The notes under the pieces: model-generated
Seen by the model: the letters and a program-made list of their open reading frames with translations, nothing else
Databases searched by the model: none
What the model was told of the DNA's origin: nothing
In this document: one piece after another, positions 35,146 through 47,258 of the stretch
Numbering within the stretch: position 1 is the stretch's first letter
Layout of the letters: the number at the start of each line of letters is the position of its first letter
Position numbers and translations under genes: made by a program
Assembly (NCBI GenBank): GCA_963765495.1
Contig: CAVXWP010000004.1
Span: 64,001 to 128,000 of the forward strand
Reading direction: 5' to 3'
DNA length: 64,000 nucleotides
DNA from: Blastocatellia bacterium
GTDB taxonomy: Bacteria; Acidobacteriota; Blastocatellia; UBA7656

Positions 35146-37569
35146 TCAACCGACTCTGACTCGCAGGTGATCGCCGAGGCTTTCAAAGTGCTCCATCCAT
35201 CTGATCGCATCCCTGTCTCCGCCTTCGACCTTTTTCATGACCAGCCCGAACGTGCCCCTGTTTACAAGAAAGAGGTTTTTCTGAGCCTGCCATAAATCCA
35301 GTTGCAGCGACATCGGCTCAAGCGTTGTAAACATCCCGTCAATCACGCCGAGCAGCGCCACATCCATCGGCGAGTTTGAAAACTCAACCATCAATGAATT
35401 GATTTTGCGGCTCGCGATGAAACTGAGCGTCGTTCGGTCTACGTCGAATTTCCACTTCTGGACCTCTCCTACCAGCCGTTTCAACTCGTTCAAATCGGGC
35501 CTGCCGTTTTCAAGCGCCCGCTGCAAATCGGCGTTGATTGTGAATTCGGCGGTCGTCGAGAGCGCCTTCGGTATAGGTGTCTGCAACTCTCTCATAACCT
35601 GCATTATCGGATAATGATGATGATAAATCTGGCGGAACGAACTGCCTATATCCTGGAGGGTCGTTTCGAGGATGCGATTGAATACGCGCCTCTGCTCGTC
35701 CCTGAACAGATGCCAGAGCGAATAGTTGTGCGCGCCGAAATGTTTATCTATCAGGTGAATCATTTCAGGCACATCGCTTCGGTTGAACGCCTCGTTCATC
35801 TCGCGCTCCATCACGACAAAGGATTCCTCGTCCACAAATTCGCGCACCCCTCCGAGCAGGTTGTGATCGCCCAGATGCAGAACTCCAAAGGTCACGGACT
35901 CTTCCTCTTCCGTCACGTTTGACCGCATGTGTAGCTGCCCGAGCGCCATTCGCTGACGCCCCGCTTCCTTCAGGTCATACCTCTCCCGATCTATTTTATA
36001 TGAATAGATGGTAACCGACTCCGGGTAAGGTTCGAACAGAGACGAGACGGCATAATGCGCGCCGACTCTCAGCAGATCGATGATGGCGGGCTTCACATAA
36101 CGCCTGTAAACCTCCGCGCCGTTTCCAAGCTCGGGCAGGTTGCTCGGCGCTCGTTCGATCATCTCAAGAAAAGTCTCTTCGAGTTTCGCGCCGCTCACCA
36201 TCTCGCCAAGCTGTATGGCGCGAGCCGCGTATTGCAACACCTGCGTAGTCTCTATCCCTGAAATCTCATCGAAGAACCAGCCGCAGCTTGTATACATAAG
36301 CAAGGCGTGGCGTTGCATTTCAAGCAGGCGATACACCTCCACCTTTTCGTCTTTGCTCAACGGGTGACTGACCTGTTCTTCAAAGAATCTCGCTACGTTT
36401 TCAAGCCCTCGGTCGAGGATCACATCGAGATAAGCATCCCGGGCCTGCCAGGGATCGCGCATATAACGAGCCATCTCTTTTTCGTAAATCTTGATAAGCT
36501 CGTCTCTGAGCCAGTCGAGCGCGATGCGAAGAGGGGCTCGCCATTTTTGATTCCAGCCCGCCCGCCCCGAATTACATCCGCAATCGCTGCGCCATCGCTC
36601 GATGCCGTGAACGCAACTCCAGGATGAGTTTTCTATGATCTCGACTTCGTGCGTGGGGGGGAATTTTTCAAGAAACTCGCCGTAGACGGTGATCTGCGCC
36701 AGATCGTTCGATTCGATGTGATGCAGGCAATAAGAGAGCGCCATCTCTCCGAAGCGATGATGATGCCCGTAAGATTCTCCATCGGTAGCGATGTGCACAA
36801 GCTGAGCCTGATCGCCGTCTCCACTGAGCACGCCGAGCAGGCGGTTTGCGAACGTCTCTCCGCTTGAGAGCATCCCGCCAAAGGCTATGTCCTGAGAGAT
36901 TGGACCATCATAAAAGAAGAGGCTGATCGTCTTGCCCGATGGGAGGCGGCACAGGTAAGGCATGCGCGGATCGATTCTTGCGCCGCTCACATCTTTCCAT
37001 TTTTTCAAGTTAATCTTTCGCACGCGGCTGGCCTGACCGGGCGCAAGAATCGTAAAGGAGATGGAGTGTCTGGCGAGGACTTCAAGCGTCTCGATATCGA
37101 CGGCGGTTTCGGCCAGCCACATCCCTTCGGGTTTTCGTCCGAAGCGGTGCTGAAAATCCTTTATCCCCCAGATGACCTGCGTCTCTTTGTCCCGCGCGTT
37201 GGCAAGCGGCATGATCATGTGGTTGTAAACCTGCGCGAGGGCCGATCCATGGTCTGAGCACCGCTTCCGGCTCTCCCTGTCTGCATCGAGTATCGCCTTA
37301 TAGATTTCGGGCGTGTGTTTCTCTAACCAGAACAGAAGCGTCGGCCCGAAATTGAAGCTTATTCGAGAGTAGTTATTTACGATGTCCGTGATCTTATGCT
37401 CGGCGTCGAGTATATGGCTTCCGGCGTTTGGCCCGTAGCATTCGGCCGTTATCCGTTCGTTCCAGTCGTGGTAAGGGTAGGCGGAATCCTGACGTTCGAT
37501 CTCTTCGAGCCAGGGATTCTCTCTCGGGGGTTGATAAAAATGTCCGTGAATACATACGTAACGATTCAT
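35146..37569 (-). CDS. Glycoside hydrolase family 57 protein with DUF3536 domain
   Basis: CIHGHFYQPPRENPW, GMWLAETAVD, ATDGESYGHH, SWSCVHGIERW and MYTSCGWFFDEISGIE motifs. Confidence 0.92.
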   Translation of the reverse strand: MNRYVCIHGHFYQPPRENPWLEEIERQDSAYPYHDWNERITAECYGPNAGSHILDAEHKITDIVNNYSRISFNFGPTLLFWLEKHTPEIYKAILDADRESRKRCSDHGSALAQVYNHMIMPLANARDKETQVIWGIKDFQHRFGRKPEGMWLAETAVDIETLEVLARHSISFTILAPGQASRVRKINLKKWKDVSGARIDPRMPYLCRLPSGKTISLFFYDGPISQDIAFGGMLSSGETFANRLLGVLSGDGDQAQLVHIATDGESYGHHHRFGEMALSYCLHHIESNDLAQITVYGEFLEKFPPTHEVEIIENSSWSCVHGIERWRSDCGCNSGRAGWNQKWRAPLRIALDWLRDELIKIYEKEMARYMRDPWQARDAYLDVILDRGLENVARFFEEQVSHPLSKDEKVEVYRLLEMQRHALLMYTSCGWFFDEISGIETTQVLQYAARAIQLGEMVSGAKLEETFLEMIERAPSNLPELGNGAEVYRRYVKPAIIDLLRVGAHYAVSSLFEPYPESVTIYSYKIDRERYDLKEAGRQRMALGQLHMRSNVTEEEESVTFGVLHLGDHNLLGGVREFVDEESFVVMEREMNEAFNRSDVPEMIHLIDKHFGAHNYSLWHLFRDEQRRVFNRILETTLQDIGSSFRQIYHHHYPIMQVMRELQTPIPKALSTTAEFTINADLQRALENGRPDLNELKRLVGEVQKWKFDVDRTTLSFIASRKINSLMVEFSNSPMDVALLGVIDGMFTTLEPMSLQLDLWQAQKNLFLVNRGTFGLVMKKVEGGDRDAIRWMEHFESLGDHLRVRVG

Positions 37570-39396
37570 TCAGGTCTCCATTCTGTACAAGACAACACTC
37601 TGAGGCATGATAATAAAACTTTGATTGCGGTCCAGAGTATAAGGCATAGACGGGCCGGGACCATTCCAGGCTTCGTCGGAAGAGTCGAGTAATTTTTGCC
37701 ATCGCCCTTCGGGGATGTTGCCCGAAAAGCTCGCGCTGGTTTTATTAAAATTCAGGATGATTAAGACATGGCTCGCCTCGGTCCACCGCCTCAAGAATAT
37801 CAGCGGTTCGGCCTCCAGAGAAGTAACATCCATAAAATTTTTATCGAGTCTTGCGAGCGCGGGAATCTCTTTCCTCAATCTGACAAGTTCTCTGTAAAAA
37901 TCGAGCAGGTTTTTATGAGCGCCCTCATTTCTCTTCCCCCAATCGAGCTTCGATCTCAGGAAAGTCTCTTCGGCCTGCGGGTCGGGAGGCTCGCCCTGCC
38001 AGCGAAACTCTTCGAACTCGGCCTTGCGCCCCTCGCGCACCGCTGCGATCAGCCACTCATCCGAGTGCGAGACGAAATAGAGGAACGGGGATGTTTCGTC
38101 GTACTCTTCGCCCATAAAGAACAGCGGAACAAAGGGCGAAAGCAGCACCGCGCCTGCCGCAAGCTTTGCCGCTTCAAAACCGGCTGCCTGAGCGAGACGT
38201 TCGCCCAGCATGCGATTGCCTACCTGATCGTGATTCTGATTGAAGACTACAAATCGGCGGGCGGGCACATCAATTGAAGAACTGCCGTGTCGCCGCCCTC
38301 TGTACCGCGAGTATTGCCAGTCATAGACAAAGCCCTCGCCGTATGCCTTTACGAGATGGGAAAGCTCTCCGAAATCCTCGTAGTACCCGGCGCGTTCGCC
38401 CGTAAGCAGAGCGCGCAACGAATGATGAAAATCATCCGACCATTGCGCGTCGATCCCGTATCCACCCGCCTCGCGAGGGCGGATAATCCTTGTATCATTC
38501 AGATTGCTTTCGGCGATGAGATAAAGATCCCTCCCCTTCTCTCTGGAGAACTCTTCGACGGCTTCGCTCAGTTCGGCGAGAAAATGTTTTGCGCTCAGGT
38601 CGAGCATAGCGTGTACGGCATCGAGCCTGAGCGCGTCTATATGAAAATCTCTGAACCAGTAGAGCGCGTTTTCTATAAAATAATTTCTTGCCCCATCGCT
38701 GTGGGCATCGTCGAAGTTGACGGCCTTGCCCCACGGCGTATGATATTTCGCCGTGAAGTACGGCGCGAAGCTTTCCAGATAATTGCCCTCCGGGCCGAGG
38801 TGGTTATAGACGACATCGAGCGCAACGGCTATACCATTCTTGTGACAGGCATCCACAAGCCGCTTCAACCCTTCCGGGCCGCCGTATGAGTTTTGGGCGG
38901 CAAAAGGGTAAGCGCCGTCGTACCCCCAGTTTCGCTCGCCCGGAAACTGAGCAATTGGCATCAGTTCGATGGCTGTCACGCCAAGATACTTGAGGTCATC
39001 AAGGCGGTCAATGATCGCTTCAAAAGTCCCCTCGGGCGTAAACGTCCCTACGTGTAGTTCATAAAAAATGATCTCTTCCAGGGACACGCCCCGCCACGCG
39101 GCATCCTGCCAATCAAAGGCCGTGTGCGCTATAACTTCGGATGGGCCGTGCACGCCACGGGGCTGGAAGTGAGAGGCCGGGTCTGGCCTGTGTATCTGTC
39201 CGGGCAGGATGTAGTCGTAAAGGGTTCCGGGCGCGACACCTTCGGCCACGACCCGCCAGTACCCTCCCTCACCCTTGTGCATGTCGAGGGTCCGCTCGGC
39301 AGGAGAGATTATTCTCAATTTCAGGGTGTCTGAAAGCGGCGACCAGACCACAAATTCACATCTGCCGCCATCAATATAATGCGCGCCAATTCTCAT
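37570..39396 (-). CDS. treZ: Malto-oligosyltrehalose trehalohydrolase
   Basis: PDPASHFQP.GVHGPS, YELHVGTFT, RNWGYDG, LRLDAVHA, IAES, QWSDDFHH and QNHDQVGNR motifs. Confidence 0.95.
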   Translation of the reverse strand: MRIGAHYIDGGRCEFVVWSPLSDTLKLRIISPAERTLDMHKGEGGYWRVVAEGVAPGTLYDYILPGQIHRPDPASHFQPRGVHGPSEVIAHTAFDWQDAAWRGVSLEEIIFYELHVGTFTPEGTFEAIIDRLDDLKYLGVTAIELMPIAQFPGERNWGYDGAYPFAAQNSYGGPEGLKRLVDACHKNGIAVALDVVYNHLGPEGNYLESFAPYFTAKYHTPWGKAVNFDDAHSDGARNYFIENALYWFRDFHIDALRLDAVHAMLDLSAKHFLAELSEAVEEFSREKGRDLYLIAESNLNDTRIIRPREAGGYGIDAQWSDDFHHSLRALLTGERAGYYEDFGELSHLVKAYGEGFVYDWQYSRYRGRRHGSSSIDVPARRFVVFNQNHDQVGNRMLGERLAQAAGFEAAKLAAGAVLLSPFVPLFFMGEEYDETSPFLYFVSHSDEWLIAAVREGRKAEFEEFRWQGEPPDPQAEETFLRSKLDWGKRNEGAHKNLLDFYRELVRLRKEIPALARLDKNFMDVTSLEAEPLIFLRRWTEASHVLIILNFNKTSASFSGNIPEGRWQKLLDSSDEAWNGPGPSMPYTLDRNQSFIIMPQSVVLYRMET

Positions 39397-39436
39397 AATA
39401 TATGTTGAATCGAATGAGCAAGACCCGGAAAGCTTT

Positions 39437-39538
39437 AATAGGCCGGGATGGGCGCGGACCGGGCGGATTTACACTGATTAACTCCTATAAAGTCAGATCC
39501 GCGAAAATCCGCCCGATCCGTGTCATCCGTGGTCTATT
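39437..39538. repeat. Imperfect inverted nonamer-repeat element (..CGGAT)n / (ATCCG..)n
   Basis: aataggccgggatgggcgcggaccgggcggattt (39437-) pairs with aaatccgcccgatccgtgtcatccgtggtctatt (-39538). It contains the glgB stop. Confidence 0.7.
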
Positions 39539-41529
39539 TCGTCGCGCTCTGTTTCCAGTTCGCTTTCCACCGTTTCCGTAGAAGCATCTTCGGATTGGTC
39601 GCCCTGACGTTTGAAAAATATCACGCTCAGAGGCGGCAGCGTGAGGGTGATCGAGTTGTATTTGCCGTGCAAAGGAACGGGAGCCGACTCGACGCCTCCG
39701 AGGTTGCCGTAACCGGCCCCGCCGTACTCTTTCGCGTCGCTGTTGAGCATCTCTTTCCAGAAGCCCGCCTGCGGAACACCAAACCTGTAATTGTGTCTGG
39801 GCACGGGCGTGAAATTGCAGACAATCAGTATCGTGTCGGCTTCCGACTGCCCGTGTCTGAGAAAGCATATGATGCTTTTGTCGGAATCGTGAAAATCTAC
39901 CCACTCAAACCCCGCCAGTTCGAAATCTCTTTCATAGAGCGCGGGTTCGTTTCTGTAAAGCTGATTCAACTCACGCGCCCACCGTTGCAGTTTCTCATGA
40001 GTCGGGTATTGCAGTATGTCCCAATCGAGGCTCGAATCGTGATTCCACTCTTTCCACTGGCCAAACTCGCTCCCCATAAACATCAGCTTCTTGCCGGGAT
40101 GCGAGTACATGTACCCGTAAAGCGACCGCAGGTTTGCGAATTTTTGCCACTCGTCGCCGGGCATCTTGCCTATCATAGAGCCCTTCCCGTAAACGACTTC
40201 ATCGTGCGAAAAAGGGAGCATGAAATTTTCAGCGAAGGCATACCAGATGCTGAAGGTCAGCTTGTTATGCTGATATTTTCTGTAGACCGGATCGGCTGAA
40301 AAATAATCGAGCGTGTCGTGCATCCAGCCCATATTCCATTTCATGTGAAACCCCAGCCCGCCCAGATAGGTAGGGCGCGAAACCATAGGCCAGGCCGTTG
40401 ATTCTTCGGCTATCGTGCGCGTGTCGGGATAGGCTTCAAACGTCGCCTGATTGAAGTTCTTTAGAAATTCTATCGCTTCTATGTTTTCTCGCCCGCCGAA
40501 TTGATTTGGTATCCACTCGCCCTCTTTTCGCGAATAATCCAGATAGAGCATCGAGGCCACCGCGTCCACTCTCAGCCCGTCGATGTGATACTTGTCCAGC
40601 CAATAGATCGCGTTGCTGATCATGAACTCTCTCACCTCATTGCGGCCATAGTTGAAAATATAGCTGTTCCAATCGGGCTGAAATCCCTTTCTCAGATCGG
40701 CGTGTTCGTACAGATGCGTGCCGTCGAAGTAGACAAGGCCGTGCTCGTCTTGCGGAAAATGCGAGGGAACCCAATCGAGGATCACGCCTATCTGGTTCTG
40801 ATGCAAAGCGTCTACCAGATGCATGAAATCCTGCGGGGTTCCATAGCGGCTGCTTGGCGCGAAATAACCTACGATCTGATAGCCCCACGACCCAAAGAAA
40901 GGATGCTCCATCACGGGCATGAACTCTACGTGAGTGTAGCCCATCTCTTTGACGTAGGCGGGAAGTTGTTCGGCAAGCTCTCTGTAGCTCAAAGAGCGAT
41001 TGCCGTCTTCGAGCACTCTTCGCCACGAACCCAAGTGAACTTCATAAACAGAGAACGGCGCGTCAAGCGAATTGTTGGCGGCGCGATTCTCCATCCACTC
41101 CCCGTCCTTCCATTCATATTCGAGGTTCCACACTACGGAGGCAGTGCGTGGCGGAACCTCCCAGTGAGCGGCGTATGGATCGCTCTTGTCAACTATGTAG
41201 CCGTGGTACTGAGACTCGATGTGATATTTATAAACCGTCCCCTGGTCGAGCGAGGGGATAAAACCCTCCCAGATGCCCGACCCGTCTTCTCTCACTTTCA
41301 ACGGATGGCTGGATATGTTCCACTCGTTGAAATCGCCCACTACGGAGACTGATCGCGCATTCGGTGCCCAGACGGCGAAGTGAGTCCCCTTTGTGTCTTC
41401 TATAGTCATCGGGTGGGAACCCATCTTCTCGTAAAGCCGATAGTGGCTGCCTTCCTTAAAGAGATAAATGTCGTGATCGGTAAACGGGCTAACGTCATGA
41501 ACTACTTGTTGTTCGAGGTTCGTTGTCAT
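39523..41529 (-). CDS. glgB: 1,4-alpha-glucan branching enzyme
   Basis: [58 protein letters not shown] and SHDEVV motifs. Confidence 0.96.
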   Translation of the reverse strand: MTTNLEQQVVHDVSPFTDHDIYLFKEGSHYRLYEKMGSHPMTIEDTKGTHFAVWAPNARSVSVVGDFNEWNISSHPLKVREDGSGIWEGFIPSLDQGTVYKYHIESQYHGYIVDKSDPYAAHWEVPPRTASVVWNLEYEWKDGEWMENRAANNSLDAPFSVYEVHLGSWRRVLEDGNRSLSYRELAEQLPAYVKEMGYTHVEFMPVMEHPFFGSWGYQIVGYFAPSSRYGTPQDFMHLVDALHQNQIGVILDWVPSHFPQDEHGLVYFDGTHLYEHADLRKGFQPDWNSYIFNYGRNEVREFMISNAIYWLDKYHIDGLRVDAVASMLYLDYSRKEGEWIPNQFGGRENIEAIEFLKNFNQATFEAYPDTRTIAEESTAWPMVSRPTYLGGLGFHMKWNMGWMHDTLDYFSADPVYRKYQHNKLTFSIWYAFAENFMLPFSHDEVVYGKGSMIGKMPGDEWQKFANLRSLYGYMYSHPGKKLMFMGSEFGQWKEWNHDSSLDWDILQYPTHEKLQRWARELNQLYRNEPALYERDFELAGFEWVDFHDSDKSIICFLRHGQSEADTILIVCNFTPVPRHNYRFGVPQAGFWKEMLNSDAKEYGGAGYGNLGGVESAPVPLHGKYNSITLTLPPLSVIFFKRQGDQSEDASTETVESELETERDEIDHG

Positions 41530-41542
41530 TTCAGAATCCTTT

Positions 41543-44500
41543 TCAGTCGTTCGAACAACTCTTCAGAATAGAGATGATTCCGCGAGTAGGAATCATCAGC
41601 CAGTCAGGGCGGTTGTTCAATTCATAGCCGATTTCATAAATGGCTTTGTCCAGAAGGAAAGCCTGTAGCAGGATTTCCTGTTCTTCTTTTTCGGCAGGCA
41701 CGAAGCTCGCGCCTTCGACGGTTTTCAGGTATGAGCGAAGAAATACGCTGCTCACGTGGCGGAACCAGGGCTCGACCCAGGGTTCAAGCACGGGGATGTC
41801 TTCGGGTCGCACATTGGAACTCTGAAGGAGCCCGCTATAGGCGGCATAATGGAAAGACCGTATCATCCCGGCCACATCGCGGAAGGGTGAACGCTTGAGC
41901 CTCCGCTCGCTCACGGCGCGGGCGGGCTCGCCTTCGAAATCAATGATCACGAAATCCTTACCCGTGTAAAGCACCTGCCCCAGATGATAGTCTCCGTGAG
42001 TCCTGATCTTTGTAGCCGAAATCTTTCTCTCACGAATTCGATTGAAGCAGTTCATTATTGCGGATTCCGAATCTAGCACGGCGCGAACCCTTGCGGCCTG
42101 ATCTTCACTCAGCCTGTTTATGTTTTTCTCCGCCAGATGCAGCACGCGCCGGGTCAGGCTCCGCATTGATTGATAAACGCTGCGCTGGTAAAGCATCGAG
42201 AAAGGCTCGGGCGCAAAATCCGGCTCGTCGGGCGCTGAAGCAAGAGCCAGATGCAACTGCCCCGTTCGCTCGCCAAACAGCTTGCTCATCTCAAGATAGA
42301 AGCCCTGTATCATCTCTGCGATTTCAGGCGAGGCTTCATCAAACCCTTCATCGAAAAGCGAAGCCGGGCCGGTCGGGGCTTCACGAGTATGCGCGCCGCT
42401 CGTAAGAACGCGGTCGAAATAGCGGCCTACGGCATCGAGCGTCAGCGTCCACGCATCGCCCGCATTTTCGACATACCCCTGTAGCAATCCAAGTATGTTT
42501 GGTTCGCCACGCCCGTGCTTTATCCCTATAGCCCCGGCAAAGGGGGGCACGTTTGCAAAGTCGGTCTTTTCGGTCAGAAACCTTATGATTTCGGGGTCGG
42601 GATTTATCCCTTCGTCTGCGCGGCGATAGAGCTTGAGAAAATACCTGTCGCCGTAGAGGATCGAAGTATTGCTCTGCTCGGCCTTGAGCACACGCGAGCG
42701 CAAAGGCCTGGCAGGCGCGCTCGCCGTGCTCGCACTCGCCGTGCTCTTGATCTTCTTTCCGTGGATCGCAACAAGCTGGCCCTCTTTTGCCTGGACCTTC
42801 TTTCCACGCAGGATCGAGGACAATAGATGGTCGCGGAACCGCTCGTCGTACACCGCGTCTATCAGAGTCGCCTCTTCATTGCCCGAACGCAGCCGCGCAA
42901 TAATCGCCTGCGGAAATTCTCGCGCTATGGATTTAGCCTTCGCCCTCGAAACAAAACTCAAAGGCAGGTGATAGATTTCAGCAGTCCCTTCGGTATAGGT
43001 CACTTCGATCAGGATCAGTTGCGCCTCTTCGCCGTTTCTTGCTACGGGGACATTTTGAACAATGTCAATATCGCGGATAGAGCGCGCCTTTCCACCGAAC
43101 CAGCGGGAACTCATCAAATAATCCGGCAGAACTCTCTTTTCCAGCCACTCTTTTTTCTCAGCCGCAAGCAAAGTTTTCCATCTAGCGGGCGCGGCCAGTT
43201 CAGGTATCTTTCGCTCCTGCCCCCCGCTCACGGCCTGTCTCTCCTGCTGTAACAAAAGCCAGTAATGATCGTAGGGTCCGAGCGTGACCACATAAGGGCG
43301 GTCCGTGATCATCGGAAATCTGTTCTGAGAGAACGCCTCTTCGGGTACGTACCCGGCATAATCGGGCAATTCCAGTTCGACCACCTGCGAAAATCTCGAC
43401 AGGTTCACGACTATCAGAAAAATCTCATCTTCGTACCGGCGGGTAAAGGCGAGGACTTTTGGGTTGCTCGGAAGGAGGAAATTTATATCGCCACGGCCAA
43501 AAGCCTTGAATCGTTTCCGCATCCCGATTACGCGCTTCATCCACCACAGCAGCGAAGAGAGATTGCCCTGTTCGGTCTCTACGTTTATCGCCTCGTGGCT
43601 GTATTCGGGATCGATGATGACGGGCAGATATAGCTTCTGCGGGTTCGAGTAGGAAAAGCCCGCGTTACGGTCGGGGCTCCACTGCATGGGCGTGCGTACG
43701 CCGTCACGGTCGCCCAGATAATAATTGTCGCCCATCCCGATTTCGTCGCCGTAATAGATGACGGGCGTACCCGGCAAGGAAAACAGCAGGATATTCATCA
43801 ACTCTATTTTCCTTCTGTTGTTGTCGAGCAGAGGCGCTAAACGGCGACGGATTCCGAGGTTGATCTTTGCGCGTGAGTCTTTGGCATAGACTCTGTACAT
43901 GTAGTCGCGCTCCTCGTCTGTGACCATCTCAAGAGTGAGTTCATCGTGATTGCGGAGGAACATGGCCCACTGGCAGTTGTCGGGGATCGCGGGCGTCTGT
44001 TCGAGTATGTCGATTATCGGGAAGCGGTCTTCCATCCTGAGCCCCATAAACATCCGGGGCATGACGGGAAAATGAAAGGCCATGTTGCACATATCGCCCT
44101 TGCCAAAGTATTCGACGGCGTCTTCGGGCCACTGATTGGCTTCGGCAAGCAGCATACGTCCGGGCCAGTTGCGATCCAGATGCGCCCGCAGTTCCCGTAA
44201 ATACCCGTAGGTTTCCGGCAGATTTTCGCAATTCGTGCCTTCGCGCTCAAACAGGTAAGGGACGGCGTCGAGCCTCATACCGTCCACACCCATTCCGAAC
44301 CAGAAATCCATAACGCGGAGAATCTCTTTTCTGACTCGCGGATTGTCGTAATTCAAATCCGGCTGGTGCGAATAGAAACGATGCCAGTAATAGGATTTTG
44401 CCACCGGGTCCCACGACCAGTTCGAAGCCTCGAAATCCTTGAAGATTATCCGCGCCTCTTTATATTTTTCCGGCGTGTCGCTCCAGACATAAAAGTCTCT

Positions 44501-44896
44501 CCACGTTGATCCCGGCTTTGCGCGCCGCGCCTTTTGAAACCAGGGATGCTGATCGGACGTGTGATTGACTACCAGTTCGGTGATGACTCGCAATCCTCGC
44601 TTGTGGGCTTCTTTGAGAAAAGTTTTGAAATCCTGCAAGGCCCCGTAATCGGGATTGATCGAAAAGAAATCCGCTATATCATACCCGTCGTCCCTGAGCG
44701 GCGAAGGGTAAAAAGGCAGGAGCCAGATGGCGGTCACGCCAAGCCCTTCGAGATAATCGAGCTTTTCAATCAGGCCACGGAAATCGCCTATGCCGTCTCC
44801 GTTACTGTCACGGAAAGCCTTTATGTGAAGCTCGTAAATAATTGCGTCCTTATACCAGAGCGGGTCTTCTTCGAGATGCGGTTCTCGACGCGACAT
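41543..44896 (-). CDS. treS: Trehalose synthase fused to maltokinase (TreS-Pep2/Mak)
   Basis: [35 protein letters not shown] and [13 protein letters not shown]; C-terminal [23 protein letters not shown] and IIDFEGEP. Confidence 0.95.
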   Translation of the reverse strand: MSRREPHLEEDPLWYKDAIIYELHIKAFRDSNGDGIGDFRGLIEKLDYLEGLGVTAIWLLPFYPSPLRDDGYDIADFFSINPDYGALQDFKTFLKEAHKRGLRVITELVVNHTSDQHPWFQKARRAKPGSTWRDFYVWSDTPEKYKEARIIFKDFEASNWSWDPVAKSYYWHRFYSHQPDLNYDNPRVRKEILRVMDFWFGMGVDGMRLDAVPYLFEREGTNCENLPETYGYLRELRAHLDRNWPGRMLLAEANQWPEDAVEYFGKGDMCNMAFHFPVMPRMFMGLRMEDRFPIIDILEQTPAIPDNCQWAMFLRNHDELTLEMVTDEERDYMYRVYAKDSRAKINLGIRRRLAPLLDNNRRKIELMNILLFSLPGTPVIYYGDEIGMGDNYYLGDRDGVRTPMQWSPDRNAGFSYSNPQKLYLPVIIDPEYSHEAINVETEQGNLSSLLWWMKRVIGMRKRFKAFGRGDINFLLPSNPKVLAFTRRYEDEIFLIVVNLSRFSQVVELELPDYAGYVPEEAFSQNRFPMITDRPYVVTLGPYDHYWLLLQQERQAVSGGQERKIPELAAPARWKTLLAAEKKEWLEKRVLPDYLMSSRWFGGKARSIRDIDIVQNVPVARNGEEAQLILIEVTYTEGTAEIYHLPLSFVSRAKAKSIAREFPQAIIARLRSGNEEATLIDAVYDERFRDHLLSSILRGKKVQAKEGQLVAIHGKKIKSTASASTASAPARPLRSRVLKAEQSNTSILYGDRYFLKLYRRADEGINPDPEIIRFLTEKTDFANVPPFAGAIGIKHGRGEPNILGLLQGYVENAGDAWTLTLDAVGRYFDRVLTSGAHTREAPTGPASLFDEGFDEASPEIAEMIQGFYLEMSKLFGERTGQLHLALASAPDEPDFAPEPFSMLYQRSVYQSMRSLTRRVLHLAEKNINRLSEDQAARVRAVLDSESAIMNCFNRIRERKISATKIRTHGDYHLGQVLYTGKDFVIIDFEGEPARAVSERRLKRSPFRDVAGMIRSFHYAAYSGLLQSSNVRPEDIPVLEPWVEPWFRHVSSVFLRSYLKTVEGASFVPAEKEEQEILLQAFLLDKAIYEIGYELNNRPDWLMIPTRGIISILKSCSND

Positions 44897-44913
44897 CCAT
44901 TAGCCTCCTTGTT

Positions 44914-46893
44914 TTACATGAAATAATCGAAATCACTCTCCTTACGCAGCCGTCTGCGAAGGCGGAATATGTGCGCGGGCAAGACCTGCGGGTTTAGCTC
45001 GACATAGTTGCGCTCGCCCTGCCACATGTATTTGTCATCGCTCAAGAGATCGTGGACGAGGTAGGGCTGCGCGGGCTCTATGTCGAATTCTTCCAGCGGA
45101 ACCTTGACCACTTCCGACTGAGTGTGAAATGGATCGAGATTGACCGTCACCAGGATGATATTCGAGAGGTCTTTCGTCGCCTTGCTGAAGTAAAGAATGC
45201 TCTGGTTGGTCGTCTCGTAAAATTCCAGGTTCCTCGTACTCTGCAAGGCGGGGTTGGTCTTTCTTATCCTGTTCAGTCTGGTTATGAACTCTCTCAGATT
45301 ACCCTCCTGATTCAGATTCCATTCTTTGATCTCGTACTTTTCGGAATTCAGGTACTCCTCTTTCCCCTGTATGGCTTCGCTGACCGTCAACTCGTAGGCC
45401 GGTCCGTACAACCCGTAATTGCTTGAGAGCGTCGCGGCCAGAACCAGCCGGATCACAAAGGCCGAGCGCCCGCCGTATTGCAAAAATTCCGGGAGAATAT
45501 CGGGCGTATTCGGCCAGAAATTCGGGTGAAAGTATTCCCGCACTTCGGTCGTGGTAAGCTCGGTCAGGTATTCGGTCAGATCGAGCTTTGTGTTGCGCCA
45601 CGTGAAGTATGTATAAGATTGAGTGAAGCCGATTTTGGCAAGCCGGTACATCACTTTTGGCCGCGTGAAGGCTTCCGATAAAAATATAGTCTCCGGGTAT
45701 TCGCGTTTCACTTCCCCGATCAGCCATTCCCAGAACGGAATCGGCTTTGTGTGCGGATTATCTACCCTGAAGATGTGCACCCCCTTTTCGCTCCAGAACA
45801 GAAAGACGCTTTTCAACTCCTTCCACATCGCCTGCCAGTCTTTTGATTCAAAGTTAAAAGGCAGCACGTCCTCGTATTTCTTCGGGGGGTTCTCGGCGTA
45901 CTGAACGGTGCCGTCTGGCCGCCACTTGAACCAGTCGGGATGCTCTTTCACATAGGGATGATCGGGCGATGCCTGAAACGCTATGTCAATCGCCACATCG
46001 ATGCCGAGTTCTTTCGCCCTCTCGACGAACCGTTCAAAATCTTCCAGGGTGCCAAGCTCGGGGTTGACGGCTTTATGGCCCCCGGCCTCAGACCCGATAG
46101 CCCAGGGGCTTCCCGGTTCGCCCGGCTCCGAAGTGGGAGAGTTGTTTTTTCCTTTGCGCTTGGTGTTGCCTATGGGATGAATCGGCGGGAGGTATATGAC
46201 ATCGAACCCCATACGAGCTATTTCAGGCAGGCGCTTTTCGCAGTCCTTAAATGTAGAGTGATGCCCGCTCGCAGAACCACACGACCGGGGAAAGAATTCA
46301 TACCACGAACTGAACAATGCGCGCTTTCTGTCTACCGTTACCGCCAGTTCTTTTTCGTAACTGGTCGCAAGCGATTTATCGGGGTAGGTCTTCATCAATA
46401 GCTTCAAGTCTTCGCTTAAGGCTACGGATGTCGAAACCCCTATGCTGTCTTCATCTCTGAGCGTTGCGGCCCATTGATTCATTTTTTTTGCGTCCGTGCC
46501 CTTTGCTCTGGTTGCCGCTTGATCGATCAAATCAGCGCCGATCAGCAAATCAACCTTCACATCCTGCCCCGCTTCCACTTTCTTCTTGAGGTCTTTCTGC
46601 CAGGTCTGAAAATGATCTACCCACCCTTGCACGGTGTAATAATAGCGGCCGATCTTATCGACCGTAAAAGTGGCTTCCCATTCATCGTTGACGAGAGCTT
46701 TCATAGGCGTCTCCCGCCACTTCTTTTCATCCTCGCCGCGATAGAGCAAGATGGCCGAGACCAGATCGTGACCGTCAGTAAATATGGCGGCCCGCACTGC
46801 GACCTCTTCGTCAACGACGCGCTTTATGGGAAAGCGCCCGCAATCAATCTCCGGTTTTACTCGTTCAATAATTACTCTCTGTCTCTTCTCCAA
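44914..46893 (-). CDS. glgE: Alpha-1,4-glucan:maltose-1-phosphate maltosyltransferase
   Basis: WYEFFPRS, YLPPIHPIG, GSPWAIG, YAENPPKKYED, FRVDNPHTKP, LSEAFT and NTPDIL motifs. TTG start behind RBS gaggag. Confidence 0.95.
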   Translation of the reverse strand: MEKRQRVIIERVKPEIDCGRFPIKRVVDEEVAVRAAIFTDGHDLVSAILLYRGEDEKKWRETPMKALVNDEWEATFTVDKIGRYYYTVQGWVDHFQTWQKDLKKKVEAGQDVKVDLLIGADLIDQAATRAKGTDAKKMNQWAATLRDEDSIGVSTSVALSEDLKLLMKTYPDKSLATSYEKELAVTVDRKRALFSSWYEFFPRSCGSASGHHSTFKDCEKRLPEIARMGFDVIYLPPIHPIGNTKRKGKNNSPTSEPGEPGSPWAIGSEAGGHKAVNPELGTLEDFERFVERAKELGIDVAIDIAFQASPDHPYVKEHPDWFKWRPDGTVQYAENPPKKYEDVLPFNFESKDWQAMWKELKSVFLFWSEKGVHIFRVDNPHTKPIPFWEWLIGEVKREYPETIFLSEAFTRPKVMYRLAKIGFTQSYTYFTWRNTKLDLTEYLTELTTTEVREYFHPNFWPNTPDILPEFLQYGGRSAFVIRLVLAATLSSNYGLYGPAYELTVSEAIQGKEEYLNSEKYEIKEWNLNQEGNLREFITRLNRIRKTNPALQSTRNLEFYETTNQSILYFSKATKDLSNIILVTVNLDPFHTQSEVVKVPLEEFDIEPAQPYLVHDLLSDDKYMWQGERNYVELNPQVLPAHIFRLRRRLRKESDFDYFM

Positions 46894-47258
46894 AGTCTGT
46901 CTCCTCGATAGTTTTCCGGGAATGAAAGCCGGTGAAGTTGAAATGCCGGGTCCACACTCAGCCGTGAAGATGGTATTAAATCTGCTATAAAGATTGATTT
47001 TAGCCAGGTGATCCCGAGCTATTTTGTTTCAATGATAATCTTCATTCGGCTGCTTTCAAGCGAGTAAGCTTATTATCGCCTTCGCTTTCAAGACTATCCG
47101 ATTAGCCCGCCGGGCCGCAAGTTGAATGCTTGCGAGCGGGTGATTTTCAAGACAGGATTACAAGCATTGCTCTCTCTAAATTCAAATATGGTCAATAGAA
47201 ATAAGTCACGGATGCCCCCTCACCTCTCAGACAAATTCCTTATCACTATGAGCGGCCG

